In this document: positions 18,047 to 27,304 of the stretch, piece by piece
Layout: each line of letters begins with the position of its first letter
Position numbering within the stretch: position 1 is the first letter of the stretch
Source: Escherichia coli O127:H6 str. E2348/69
Lineage (GTDB): Bacteria > Pseudomonadota > Gammaproteobacteria > Enterobacterales > Enterobacteriaceae
DNA length: 64,000 nucleotides
Assembly (NCBI RefSeq): GCF_000026545.1
Contig: NC_011601.1
Direction: 5' to 3' (one strand)
Program-made: the position numbers and the translations under genes
The notes under the pieces: model-generated
Told to the model about the DNA's origin: nothing
Seen by the model: the letters and a program-made list of their open reading frames with translations, nothing else
Databases searched by the model: none

Positions 18047-19465
18047 ATGCAGAACGGAATTGCACACAACGGACTGATACTTCTCTGGCAGATGAGAGAG
18101 GGGAAGCATTTATGTCCGGGAAAAACCACTTTATCTGACCATGCTGTTTTGTACCTGCCGGTATCCACATTTGTGGGTACCGTCATTAATGAGAAGGGCT
18201 GGCAGGCCGTCAAATCCGGCGCAATGGCAACCGACACGGTTGTGAATACCGGCGCGGAAGGGGGACCAGATGCAGAAAATGGTGATACCGGGCAGTTTGT
18301 TCGCGGAAATGCCGTACGTACCACCATCAATAAAAATGGTCGTCAGATTGTGGCTGTTGAAGGAACAGCAAATACCACTGTGGTTTATGCCGGCGGCGAC
18401 CAGACGGTACACGGGCATGCGCTGGATACCACACTGAATGGCGGTTACCAGTATGTGCACAACGGAGGCACAGCCTCTGACACGGTTGTAAACAGTGACG
18501 GCTGGCAGATTGTCAAGGAAGGTGGTCTGGCGGATTTCACCACCGTTAACCAGAAAGGCAAACTGCAGGTGAACGCCGGTGGTACAGCCACGAATGTCAC
18601 CCTGAAGCAGGGAGGCGCACTGGTCACCAGTACGGCGGCAACCGTCACCGGCAGCAACCGTCTGGGCAATTTCACTGTGGAAAACGGTAATGCTGACGGT
18701 GTTGTTCTGGAGTCCGGTGGTCGCCTGGATGTACTGGAGGGCCATTCAGCCTGGAAAACACTGGTGGATGACGGCGGAACCCTGGCAGTGTCTGCCGGTG
18801 GTAAGGCAACAGATGTCACCATGACATCCGGTAGTGCCCTGATTGCAGACAGTGGTGCCACTGTTGAGGGGACCAATGCCAGCGGTAAGTTCAGTATTGA
18901 TGGCACATCCGGTCAGGCCAGCGGACTGCTGCTGGAAAATGGCGGCAGCTTTACGGTTAATGCCGGAGGACTGGCCAGCAACACCACTGTCGGACATCGT
19001 GGAACACTGACGCTGGCTGCCGGGGGAAGTCTGAGTGGCAGAACACAACTCAGTAAAGGCGCCAGTATGGTACTGAATGGTGATGTGGTCAGTACCGGCG
19101 ATATTGTTAACGCAGGGGAGATTCGCTTTGATAATCAGACGACACAGGATGCCGTGCTGAGCCGTGCTGTTGCAAAAGGCGACGCCCCGGTAACGTTCCA
19201 TAAACTGACCACCAATAACCTCACCGGCCAGGGCGGCACCATCAATATGCGTGTTCGCCTTGATGGCAGCAATGCCTCTGACCAGCTGGTGATTAATGGT
19301 GGTCAGGCAACCGGCAAAACCTGGCTTGCGTTCACAAATGTCGGAAACAGTAACCTCGGGGTGGCAACCACCGGACAGGGTATCCCGGAAATACGATTTC
19401 AGGAAAATTCATGCAGTAATGGGAAAGGACTCTCATTGCTGTTCACCGCAGTTCTGAATTATTGA
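18047..19465 (+). pseudogene. flu: Antigen 43 autotransporter fragment; only the passenger-domain core remains
   Basis: GTVINEKGWQAVKSGAMATDTVVNTGAEGGPDAENGDTGQFVRG... through ...INGGQATGKTWLAFTNVGNSNLGVATTGQGI is collinear with K-12 Ag43 from roughly residue 170 (from memory). There is no signal peptide. Similarity stops at ~19385, and the beta-barrel translocator is absent. Confidence 0.85.
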
Positions 19466-19479
19466 ATTTATAAAGGTGA

Positions 19480-21867
19480 ATGATGCACGAAAAGAACATC
19501 GCCCTGCTTTGTGATGAAGCCGACCGGCTTTTGCAACTGAATATCAATCTGCTCCGGCAAATGGTTGATGAGCCGGATGTGTTATCTGACAGTAAGAACG
19601 AAAACGGGCTGCTTTTTGATAAACGGAAAGCGCTGAAAAGAATTGAGGAGCTGGAGGGCGAACAAATCAAAACCGCCCGCAGGGAGATGGTGCTGGCTGT
19701 GGTCGGCACGATGAAGGCGGGCAAATCAACCACCATCAACGCCATTGTGGGGCAGGAAATTCTGCCCAACCGTAACCGCCCCATGACCTCGGTACCGACA
19801 TTGATCCGCCACGTTCCCGGAAAAACGGAACCGGTCCTCCATCTGGAACATATTCAGCCCGTCCGCAATTTATTAATCACACTGCAGGAAAAACTCGCCA
19901 CCCCGGCAGGGCAGCAAGTCGCACAGTCCCTGCAGCAAACCGGGGATACCCGCGAACTACTGGATATTCTGGCGGATGATGTCTGGCTTAAAAATGAATA
20001 CCACGGGGAAGACGAAATCTTTACCGGACTGGCATCGTTAAATGACCTGGTTCGTCTTGCTGCGGCAATGGGGACTGAATTTCCTTTTGACGAATACGCA
20101 GAAGTGCAGAAACTACCGGTGATCGACGTGGCGTTCAGCCACCTGGTGGGAATGGATGCATGTCAGGGAACACTCACACTGCTGGATACCCCCGGCCCTA
20201 ATGAAGCCGGACAACCACAGATGGAAATGATGATGCGGGATCAACTACAGAAAGCCTCTGCGGTGCTGGCGGTGATGGATTACACCCAGATGAACTCGAA
20301 AGCCGATGAGGAGGTTCGTAAAGAGCTTAATGCCATTGCTGACGTCTCAGCCGGTCGTCTGTTTGTGCTGGTCAATAAATTCGATGAAAAAGATCGCAAT
20401 GGTGATGGTGCGGATGCCGTACGCCAGAAGGTGCCAGCAATGCTGAACAGCGATGTGCTGCCCGCCTCCCGCGTTTATCCCGGCTCATCACGTCAGGCGT
20501 ACCTTGCTAACCGTGCGCTTCATGAGTTACGAAAAAACGGTGCGCTTCCGGTTGATGAAGCCTGGGTCGATGATTTTATCAGGGAAGCTTTCGGACCTAT
20601 GGTGGAAGAGGACGACTGGAAAGACAGCACTAAGGTAAATAAAAAGGCAGAAAAACTCTGGAATATATCTCTGATCGATCAACTGATAACGGAAGTCATA
20701 CAGAGCTCCCATTCCAGAGCGGCGGCACTGGCGGTTGACTCTGCCGCCGCAAAACTGATGCAGAATGCAGAAAATATCAGCGAATATCTGTCATTACGTC
20801 ATCAGGGGCTGCAGCAAAGCATTCAGTCACTACAGGCGCATATTACCAGCCTGCTGGCGGATATCCAGGAGATTGAGGAATGTCAGAATCAGGTGACCGG
20901 TGATGTCAGAATGGCCATGGAGGACATCAATACCAAAACCGGGGAATTACTGACGAAGGTCTGTGCCTCACTGGAGGAGGAGCTGAACGACTATTTCAGA
21001 AGCGGTAAACGCAAAGAACAGCAAATGCTGGAGGAAGAAAATTCAGCGCAGCCCCGGGAGAGAAACGCATTCGCTTTCTTTCACGATATTTTCGGAACCG
21101 GAAATCAGCATGACAGGATGCGGGACTTTGATCCGGACAGCCCCGAAATAAAATTCAGTGATCGCAGGGCAGCCCTTGAACTGATGACGCAAATCGAATC
21201 GACCGTGACCAGCCTGCACCGTGAGGCTGAAGCACAGTTCCGGCCTGAGCTGGAGAAAATCGTCAGCGGGATTGAAACAGGTTTTCGTGGCACGGCCCTG
21301 TACGCCACAGAAAACATTGCCGGTCGCATCAATGCCCGCCTGGAGGATGAGGGCTTTACCGTAAAAATCAGTTTTCCGGCAGTCAGCCAGTTACAGACCC
21401 GGCTCGCGGTAAAAATAAATCTGAGTGCGCTTATGGAGGAAAGAACGGAGACCGTCACCCGTCGCCGTCGGCAGAGTGGCGTATGGGGAACCGTTTGTCG
21501 ATGGTTTGGCACCAGTGACCTGGGCTGGGAAAACTATGACGAGGATGTGAGTCGCAGCGTGATCAATATCAACAAGGTCAGAGAGGAAGTTATGTCACTG
21601 ACCCGGGCATATTTCGGGGAGCTGCAGGCATCCATTGAGCAGGATATTAACCAGCCCGTCCGCCAGGAAATCGATGCCTTTTTCTGCGCATTCAGGGAGA
21701 AAGTTGAACAACTGCGTAACACGCTGATTCAGAGCTCTGAAGATCATAAACGCGATCAGCAGGCGCAGGAACGGCTTACCGGGCGACTTCAGGCATTAAA
21801 TGAAAGGGTTCCTGAGCTCATTACTGACAGTAAGGCGCTGAGGGAAGAGCTGGAGACAATGCTGTGA
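19480..21867 (+). CDS. Bacterial dynamin-like GTPase, apparently a paralogue of YjdA (CrfC/RdcA)
   Basis: 795 aa. G1 is GTMKAGKST (aa 76-84), G3 is LLDTPGPNEAG, and G4 is VLVNKFDEKD, followed by a long helical stalk. The N-terminal half aligns closely with my recollection of K-12 YjdA. The RBS AAGGTG is at 19473-19478, so the second ATG at 19483 may be the real start. Confidence 0.85.
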   Translation: MMHEKNIALLCDEADRLLQLNINLLRQMVDEPDVLSDSKNENGLLFDKRKALKRIEELEGEQIKTARREMVLAVVGTMKAGKSTTINAIVGQEILPNRNRPMTSVPTLIRHVPGKTEPVLHLEHIQPVRNLLITLQEKLATPAGQQVAQSLQQTGDTRELLDILADDVWLKNEYHGEDEIFTGLASLNDLVRLAAAMGTEFPFDEYAEVQKLPVIDVAFSHLVGMDACQGTLTLLDTPGPNEAGQPQMEMMMRDQLQKASAVLAVMDYTQMNSKADEEVRKELNAIADVSAGRLFVLVNKFDEKDRNGDGADAVRQKVPAMLNSDVLPASRVYPGSSRQAYLANRALHELRKNGALPVDEAWVDDFIREAFGPMVEEDDWKDSTKVNKKAEKLWNISLIDQLITEVIQSSHSRAAALAVDSAAAKLMQNAENISEYLSLRHQGLQQSIQSLQAHITSLLADIQEIEECQNQVTGDVRMAMEDINTKTGELLTKVCASLEEELNDYFRSGKRKEQQMLEEENSAQPRERNAFAFFHDIFGTGNQHDRMRDFDPDSPEIKFSDRRAALELMTQIESTVTSLHREAEAQFRPELEKIVSGIETGFRGTALYATENIAGRINARLEDEGFTVKISFPAVSQLQTRLAVKINLSALMEERTETVTRRRRQSGVWGTVCRWFGTSDLGWENYDEDVSRSVININKVREEVMSLTRAYFGELQASIEQDINQPVRQEIDAFFCAFREKVEQLRNTLIQSSEDHKRDQQAQERLTGRLQALNERVPELITDSKALREELETML

Positions 21868-22769
21868 CTTCACCATTTATTCAACAAATTGCTGATAACC
21901 GGGTATGTCAGGTACTCACCTGTCTTCCTGAAAAATTTGTGGTTGATTTCGCAAACGGAATCGATGTTGCACAGGAGCATATCCGCACGGCCGGAGAGCG
22001 CACGTTCTTCCGGCGTTTAAAAGAGGGGCTGACCGGCGAAGGCGCTGCACGGCAGAATGCCATCAATGCGTCGCTTGCACAGGGCGTTGAGGCGTCCCTG
22101 CGCTGGCTGACGGAGATGACAACGTCACTTGCCACCACAAACTACGCGATTACCCGGGTAAACGACAGGGTCAGTTCACTGGTCAGTGATACAGCCAGGC
22201 TGGCGCATTATTCCGCAGATACGCGGGAGCAGTTACTCACCCTGGCCGATCAGGTTCACCATAAACTGAATCATCTTGAAGAAAAACTCCACCGTGTTGA
22301 CCAGGTTCAGCGGGCGCAGTTACATCTTGAGCAGATATTCTCATGGTGGAGCGCCGGGCGATATGCGTCATTTTCCCCTGCCGGACGTTGTTATGTGGCA
22401 CTTGAAGAGCTTCGCTGGGGCGCGTTTGGTGATGTGATACGTCAGGGCGAAACAGGCCAGGTTAACCAGCTACTGGATATTCTCAGACATAAAGCATTAA
22501 CGCAGATGGCACAGGAGAGTGGCGGTAGTGCAACCGTGCGTCTGAACACTCTGGACTGGCTTGGTGGTCAGGGCCGGGAGCAGGCAGATAACGAGTGGCA
22601 TGACGCGATTAACTGGCTGGGAGACTGGTGCAGTGAAGAGCAGCATCCGGTGATCTGGTCAACCACGCAGGCTGCAGAACACTTACCGGTTCGCATGCCT
22701 CGCCTCTGCTCTGCAGAACGCCTCTCTGAAAGTATGGTCGATGAAATATTTCAGAAGGGGGCTGCATGA
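21864..22769 (+). CDS. YjcZ/RdcB-like partner protein
   Basis: 301 aa. Its GTG start overlaps the dynamin stop (GTGA). TFFRRLKEGLTGEGAARQNAINASL, a central coiled coil (LTLADQVHHKLNHLEEKLHRVDQVQRAQLHLEQI) and GRCYVALEELRWGAFGD resemble YjcZ as I recall it. This needs HMM confirmation. Confidence 0.65.
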   Translation: MTSPFIQQIADNRVCQVLTCLPEKFVVDFANGIDVAQEHIRTAGERTFFRRLKEGLTGEGAARQNAINASLAQGVEASLRWLTEMTTSLATTNYAITRVNDRVSSLVSDTARLAHYSADTREQLLTLADQVHHKLNHLEEKLHRVDQVQRAQLHLEQIFSWWSAGRYASFSPAGRCYVALEELRWGAFGDVIRQGETGQVNQLLDILRHKALTQMAQESGGSATVRLNTLDWLGGQGREQADNEWHDAINWLGDWCSEEQHPVIWSTTQAAEHLPVRMPRLCSAERLSESMVDEIFQKGAA

Positions 22770-23836
22770 GTACAGAAATGAAAACGGGGCTGGTGCTGTC
22801 CGGTGGCGGGGCGGTGGGCGCTTATCAGGCGGGAGTGGTTAAGGCACTGGCAGAGTGTGGTACACAGATCAGCATGGTTTCAGGGACCAGCATTGGCGCA
22901 TTCAATGGTGCCATTATCGCGGCCTCTCCCGATCTGTCAGAAGCTGCCGTACGCCTGGAGGCGCTCTGGGAGCATCTGGGGAATAATCAGGTGCTGTCGG
23001 TAAACAGATTGGTTTACTTTTCATTGCTGAAAAAATTGTTCCAGGCAATGAACCTCTGCCAGATCCCCGGACGTGCAGGAGCACTGCTTACGACGCTTCT
23101 TCGCCATATATCGACAATCAACGGGTTTGACAATCTGATGGCTCAGCCGTTGTTGTCAGATGAGCCCCTGACAGCGCTGATGGATCATTATCTTGATACT
23201 GATGCTCTGGCAGACGGGCTACCGCTGTATGTGTCGCTGTACCCCACAGAAGGGGGCATGCAGGATATTATTGACTGCATTCGTGCTGAACTGGGTGTCG
23301 GAACCACGAAAAACGCCGTTTTTCAGCATATCCAGAGCCTGCCCCGCGGACAGCAGAAAGAGGCTCTGCTTGCGTCAGCCGCGCTGCCCCTGCTGTTCCG
23401 TCCCCGTGAGGTTCAGGGGACAATGTTCGGTGATGGTGGTATGGGAGGATGGCGAAATATGCAGGGAAATACCCCTGTGACGCCTCTGGTCGATACCGGA
23501 TGCAATATGGTGATTGTGACGCATCTGAGTGACGGTTTTTTATGGGATCGCAAGGCTTTTCCGGACACCACAATCCTTGAGATCCGTCCCCGGAAAAGGC
23601 TGAAATATGCAGGTGATGGTGGCAACAGCGGCGGTCTGCTCAGTTTTACATCGGCACATACCGACGCCTGGCGTCAGCAGGGCTATGAAGACACGATGCT
23701 GGCGATGGAGCATATCCGGAAACCGCTGGCAGCACGTCAGGCACTGACCCGGTCAGAGGCGGTATTGCAGAAAAGCCTGGATATAACGGAAGAGGCAGAT
23801 TTGGCACTGAGAAACGCGATGGCCCGGATTAAATAA
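22766..23836 (+). CDS. Patatin-like phospholipase
   Basis: 356 aa. Its ATG overlaps the upstream stop (ATGA). The oxyanion motif is LSGGGAVGAY, the nucleophile elbow is GTSIG (Ser42, codon 22889-22891), and the catalytic Asp is in FGDGGMGG (about residue 223). Confidence 0.85.
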   Translation: MSTEMKTGLVLSGGGAVGAYQAGVVKALAECGTQISMVSGTSIGAFNGAIIAASPDLSEAAVRLEALWEHLGNNQVLSVNRLVYFSLLKKLFQAMNLCQIPGRAGALLTTLLRHISTINGFDNLMAQPLLSDEPLTALMDHYLDTDALADGLPLYVSLYPTEGGMQDIIDCIRAELGVGTTKNAVFQHIQSLPRGQQKEALLASAALPLLFRPREVQGTMFGDGGMGGWRNMQGNTPVTPLVDTGCNMVIVTHLSDGFLWDRKAFPDTTILEIRPRKRLKYAGDGGNSGGLLSFTSAHTDAWRQQGYEDTMLAMEHIRKPLAARQALTRSEAVLQKSLDITEEADLALRNAMARIK

Positions 23837-23850
23837 AGACGCCCCAAAGA

Positions 23851-23878
23851 AACGCCACCGCCTGTGGTGGTGTTTTTC
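23851..23878 (+). terminator. Rho-independent terminator of the dynamin/patatin operon
   Basis: aacgccacc-gcctgt-ggtggtgtt is a hairpin with a ~9-bp stem including one G-U pair; its 3' arm runs into a T-run. It lies 15 nt after the stop codon. Confidence 0.65.
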
Positions 23879-24175
23879 CTGTCTGGTGTTATTGAAAATA
23901 TTTTCAGATATATATTATCTGGGTGATGGTTAAGATGAATTTATTTAATTTTGGGGGAAGATACAAAAACAACCAGTGAACATATTTCCGGCGGGTTATC
24001 CGCAATGCTGAAGGTCCGTTGCACTGGCGATGCCGGAATACAGCTTAATACGTGGTTCGCCAGTGAAGGGCTTCTCAGACAATAAACCTCATTCATTTCA
24101 CCCATCAGGCCGCGTCTTCTCCGGGAGACGCGGCTTTTTCATTTATATCGCTTAATCATTCATAAGGAGCAAATC

Positions 24176-24994
24176 ATGAGATTAGCCAGTCGTTTTGGTT
24201 ATGCGAACCAGATACGTCGTGATCGTCCGCTGACACACGAAGAACTGATGCGCCATGTACCGAGTATTTTTGGGGAAAACCGACATACCTCTCGCAGTGA
24301 ACACTATGCGTACATTCCCACTATCACCGTCCTGGAAAATCTGCAGCAGGAAGGCTTTCAGCCGTTCTTTGCCTGCCAGACCCGCGTGCGCGACCAGAGC
24401 CGCCGGGAATACACAAAACACATGCTGCGTCTGCGGCGGGCCGGACAGATAACCGGTCAGCATGTCCCTGAAATTATTCTGCTCAACTCCCATGACGGTT
24501 CATCCAGCTACCAGATGTTACCCGGATATTTTCGTGCCATTTGTACCAATGGACTGGTCTGCGGTCAGTCTCTGGGAGAATTGCGTGTTCCACACCGGGG
24601 AAATGTGGTGGACAAAGTCATTGAAGGGGCTTACGAGGTGGTGGGCGTTTTTGACCGGATAGAGGAGAAGCGTGATGCCATGCAGTCGCTGGTCCTGCCG
24701 CCACCGGCACGCCAGGCGCTGGCACAGGCGGCACTGACTTACCGTTATGGTGACGAACATCAGCCCGTCACCACCGCCGACATTCTGACACCACGACGCC
24801 GGGAGGATTACGGTAAGGACCTGTGGAGTGCTTATCAGACCATCCAGGAGAATATGCTGAAAGGCGGGATTTCCGGTCGCAGTGCAAAAGGAAAACGTAT
24901 CCATACCCGGGCCATTCACAGCATTGATACCGACATTAAGCTCAATCGCGCATTGTGGGTGATGGCAGAAACGCTGCTGGAGAGCATGCGCTGA
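24176..24994 (+). CDS. DUF932 protein (YafZ/YfjQ family) of CP4-type islands
   Basis: 272 aa, MRLASRFGYANQIRRDRPLTHEELMRHVPSIFGE..., recognised as the YafZ/YfjQ family. RBS is AAGGAG. Confidence 0.8.
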   Translation: MRLASRFGYANQIRRDRPLTHEELMRHVPSIFGENRHTSRSEHYAYIPTITVLENLQQEGFQPFFACQTRVRDQSRREYTKHMLRLRRAGQITGQHVPEIILLNSHDGSSSYQMLPGYFRAICTNGLVCGQSLGELRVPHRGNVVDKVIEGAYEVVGVFDRIEEKRDAMQSLVLPPPARQALAQAALTYRYGDEHQPVTTADILTPRRREDYGKDLWSAYQTIQENMLKGGISGRSAKGKRIHTRAIHSIDTDIKLNRALWVMAETLLESMR

Positions 24995-25084
24995 TGCCGT
25001 TTCACTGAAAGTGCAGTCCTGACTCACATCTGTTCCTGCCCCGGGGCTTCTTCCATTCATTTACTTTTTATAAGGAATAACCTC

Positions 25085-25570
25085 ATGACAACCGTTTCGC
25101 ATAATTCCACCACACCTTCTGTTTCCGTAACCACTGCATCAGGGAATAACCCACCTCAGCTGGTTGCCACTCCCGTCCCTGATGAACAGCGCATCAGCTT
25201 CTGGCCGCAGCATTTTGGCCTCATTCCACAGTGGGTGACCCTGGAGCCCCGTGTCTTCGGCTGGATGGACCGTCTTTGCGAAGACTACTGCGGTGGTATC
25301 TGGAATCTGTACACCCTGAACAACGGCGGGGCATTTATGGCACCCGAACCGGATGACGATGATGACGAAACATGGGTACTGTTCAATGCCATGAACGGCA
25401 ACCGCGCTGAAATGAGCCCGGAAGCCGCCGGTATTGCTGCCTGTCTGATGACGTACAGTCATCATGCCTGTCGTACGGAGTGTTATGCCATGACGGTCCA
25501 CTATTACCGGCTGCGGGATTACGCCCTGCAGCATCCGGAATGCAGCGCCATTATGCGCATCATTGACTGA
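25085..25570 (+). CDS. Antirestriction protein (YfjX/YafX, ArdB/KlcA-like family)
   Basis: 161 aa, ...RISFWPQHFGLIPQWVTLEPRVFGWMDRLCEDYCGGIWNLYTLNNGGAFMAP... with an acidic DDDDDE tract. It is the typical CP4-island antirestriction gene. Confidence 0.8.
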   Translation: MTTVSHNSTTPSVSVTTASGNNPPQLVATPVPDEQRISFWPQHFGLIPQWVTLEPRVFGWMDRLCEDYCGGIWNLYTLNNGGAFMAPEPDDDDDETWVLFNAMNGNRAEMSPEAAGIAACLMTYSHHACRTECYAMTVHYYRLRDYALQHPECSAIMRIID

Positions 25571-26062
25571 ATGGAGGCAGGGACAATGCAGCAGCTTTCC
25601 TTTCTGCCCGGAGAGATGACGCCCGGCGAGCGCAGTCTCATTCTGCGGGCCCTGCAAACCCTGGACCGCCATCTTCATGAACCCGGCGTGGCCTTCACCT
25701 CCACCCGTGCGGCACGGGAATGGCTGATTCTGAACATGGCGGGACTGGAGCGGGAAGAGTTCCGGGTGCTGTATCTGAACAACCAGAATCAGCTGATTGC
25801 CGGTGAAACCCTCTTCACCGGCACCATCAACCGTACGGAAGTTCATCCCCGGGAAGTGATTAAACGCGCCCTGTACCACAATGCCGCTGCCGTGGTGCTG
25901 GCGCACAATCACCCGTCCGGTGAAGTCACACCCAGTAAGGCAGACCGGCTTATCACCGAACGTCTGGTACAGGCACTGGGCCTGGTGGATATCCGGGTGC
26001 CGGACCATCTGATAGTCGGTGGCAACCAGGTTTTCTCCTTTGCCGAACATGGTCTGCTTTAA
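25571..26062 (+). CDS. RadC-like JAB/MPN domain protein (YeeS/YkfG/YfjY family)
   Basis: The JAMM motif is VVLAHNHPSGEVTPSKAD. The likely start is the MQQLSFLPG ATG at 25586. Confidence 0.85.
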   Translation: MEAGTMQQLSFLPGEMTPGERSLILRALQTLDRHLHEPGVAFTSTRAAREWLILNMAGLEREEFRVLYLNNQNQLIAGETLFTGTINRTEVHPREVIKRALYHNAAAVVLAHNHPSGEVTPSKADRLITERLVQALGLVDIRVPDHLIVGGNQVFSFAEHGLL

Positions 26063-26124
26063 CCCGTCACAACCACATCACACCTGTTTTCACTTTTATC
26101 TTCTGTCTTCAGAGGTATCACATC

Positions 26125-26346
26125 ATGAGAATCATCACCCGTGGTGAAGCCATGCGTATTCACCAACAGCATCCTGCATCCCGTCTTTTTCCGTTCTGTA
26201 CCGGTAAGTATCGCTGGCACGGCAGTGCTGAAGCGTATACTGGTCGTGAAGTGCAGGATATTCCCGGCGTTCTTGCCGTGTTTGCAGAACGCCGTAAGGA
26301 CAGTTTTGGCCCGTATGTCCGGCTGATGAGTGTCACCCTGAACTGA
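26125..26346 (+). CDS. DUF987 protein (YeeT/YkfH family)
   Basis: 73 aa, MRIITRGEAMRIHQQHPASRLFPFCTGKYRWHGSAEAYTGREVQDIPGVLAVFAERRKDSFGPYVRLMSVTLN. Confidence 0.8.
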   Translation: MRIITRGEAMRIHQQHPASRLFPFCTGKYRWHGSAEAYTGREVQDIPGVLAVFAERRKDSFGPYVRLMSVTLN

Positions 26347-26508
26347 TGTTCCGTCACCCGGGAAACGAGTACGACCAGATGACCTCAGACGCCGCTGTGG
26401 ATGAGGCCATTCTCATCAATGCATACATCTTCACCGAAACCGGTCAGCGCGCCGGCTGACCTGTCATCGTTAAACCATTCTTAACCACTTTTCAGAGAGG
26501 ATTTTATC

Positions 26509-26883
26509 GTGTCAGACAAACTCTCCGGGATAACTCATCCCGATGACAATCACGACCGCCCCTGGTGGGGGCTTCCCTGCACAGTGAGGCCCTGTTTTGG
26601 CGCTCGTCTGGTGCAAGAGGGTAACCGCCTGCATTACCTTGCTGACCGCGCCGGTATCAGAGGCCGCTTCAGCGACGCAGATGCATACCATCTGGACCAG
26701 GCCTTTCCGCTGCTGATGAAACAACTGGAACTCATGCTCACCAGCGGTGAACTGAATCCCCGATATCAGCATACCGTCACGCTGTATGCAAAAGGGCTGA
26801 CCTGCGAAGCCGACACCCTCGGCTCCTGTGGTTACGTTTATCTGGCTGTTTATCCGACACCAGCACCCGCAACCACCTCATAA
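26509..26883 (+). CDS. cbeA: CbeA/YeeU-family type IV antitoxin
   Basis: 124 aa with a GTG start. [55 protein letters not shown] is a YeeU-family sequence. Confidence 0.85.
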   Translation: MSDKLSGITHPDDNHDRPWWGLPCTVRPCFGARLVQEGNRLHYLADRAGIRGRFSDADAYHLDQAFPLLMKQLELMLTSGELNPRYQHTVTLYAKGLTCEADTLGSCGYVYLAVYPTPAPATTS

Positions 26884-26929
26884 CCCCGAAGCTCTCACCT
26901 TTAGCACTACCAGTTACAGAGAACTTAAG

Positions 26930-27304
26930 ATGAAAACATTATCCGACACACATGTACGGGAGGTATCTCGCTGCCCGTCTCCCGTCACCATCTGGCAGAC
27001 ACTGCTCATCCGACTGCTGGACCAGCATTATGGCCTCACACTGAATGACACACCGTTTGCCGATGAACGTGTGATTGAGCAGCATATTGAGGCAGGCATT
27101 TCACTGTGTGATGCAGTTAATTTTCTCGTGGAAAAATACGCGCTGGTGCGTACCGACCAGCCGGGATTCAGCACCTGTCCCCGCTCTCAGTTAATAAACA
27201 GTATTGATATCCTCCGGGCTCGCCGGGCGACCGGCCTGATGACCCGCGACAATTACAGAACGGTAAATAACATTACCCTGGGTAAGTATCCGGAGGCGAA
27301 ATGA
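26930..27304 (+). CDS. cbtA: CbtA/YeeV-family toxin (cytoskeleton-targeting, type IV TA)
   Basis: This is the [46 protein letters not shown]... portion of ORF 26828..27304, starting at the ATG at 26930, 46 nt after the antitoxin stop. Confidence 0.85.
   Translation: MKTLSDTHVREVSRCPSPVTIWQTLLIRLLDQHYGLTLNDTPFADERVIEQHIEAGISLCDAVNFLVEKYALVRTDQPGFSTCPRSQLINSIDILRARRATGLMTRDNYRTVNNITLGKYPEAK

Noticed and set aside
18131-19201. Three long minus-strand ORFs (204, 153 and 151 aa) opposite the Ag43 fragment
   Set aside because: The repetitive Gly/Thr/Val-rich passenger coding sequence keeps antisense frames open. The predicted products are Cys/Pro/Ser-rich with no motifs.
23893-23906. Perfect 14-bp palindrome TGAAAATATTTTCA downstream of the patatin gene
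   Set aside because: It is a single AT-rich palindrome in an AT-rich spacer. It resembles, but does not match, ARG-box or other consensus sites I know, and there is no obvious regulated gene immediately downstream.
24518-26050. Minus-strand ORFs of 180 aa and 303 aa opposite the DUF932, antirestriction and radC genes
   Set aside because: They are shadow ORFs opposite three recognisable, co-oriented island genes, and have His/Gly/Pro-rich nonsense composition.
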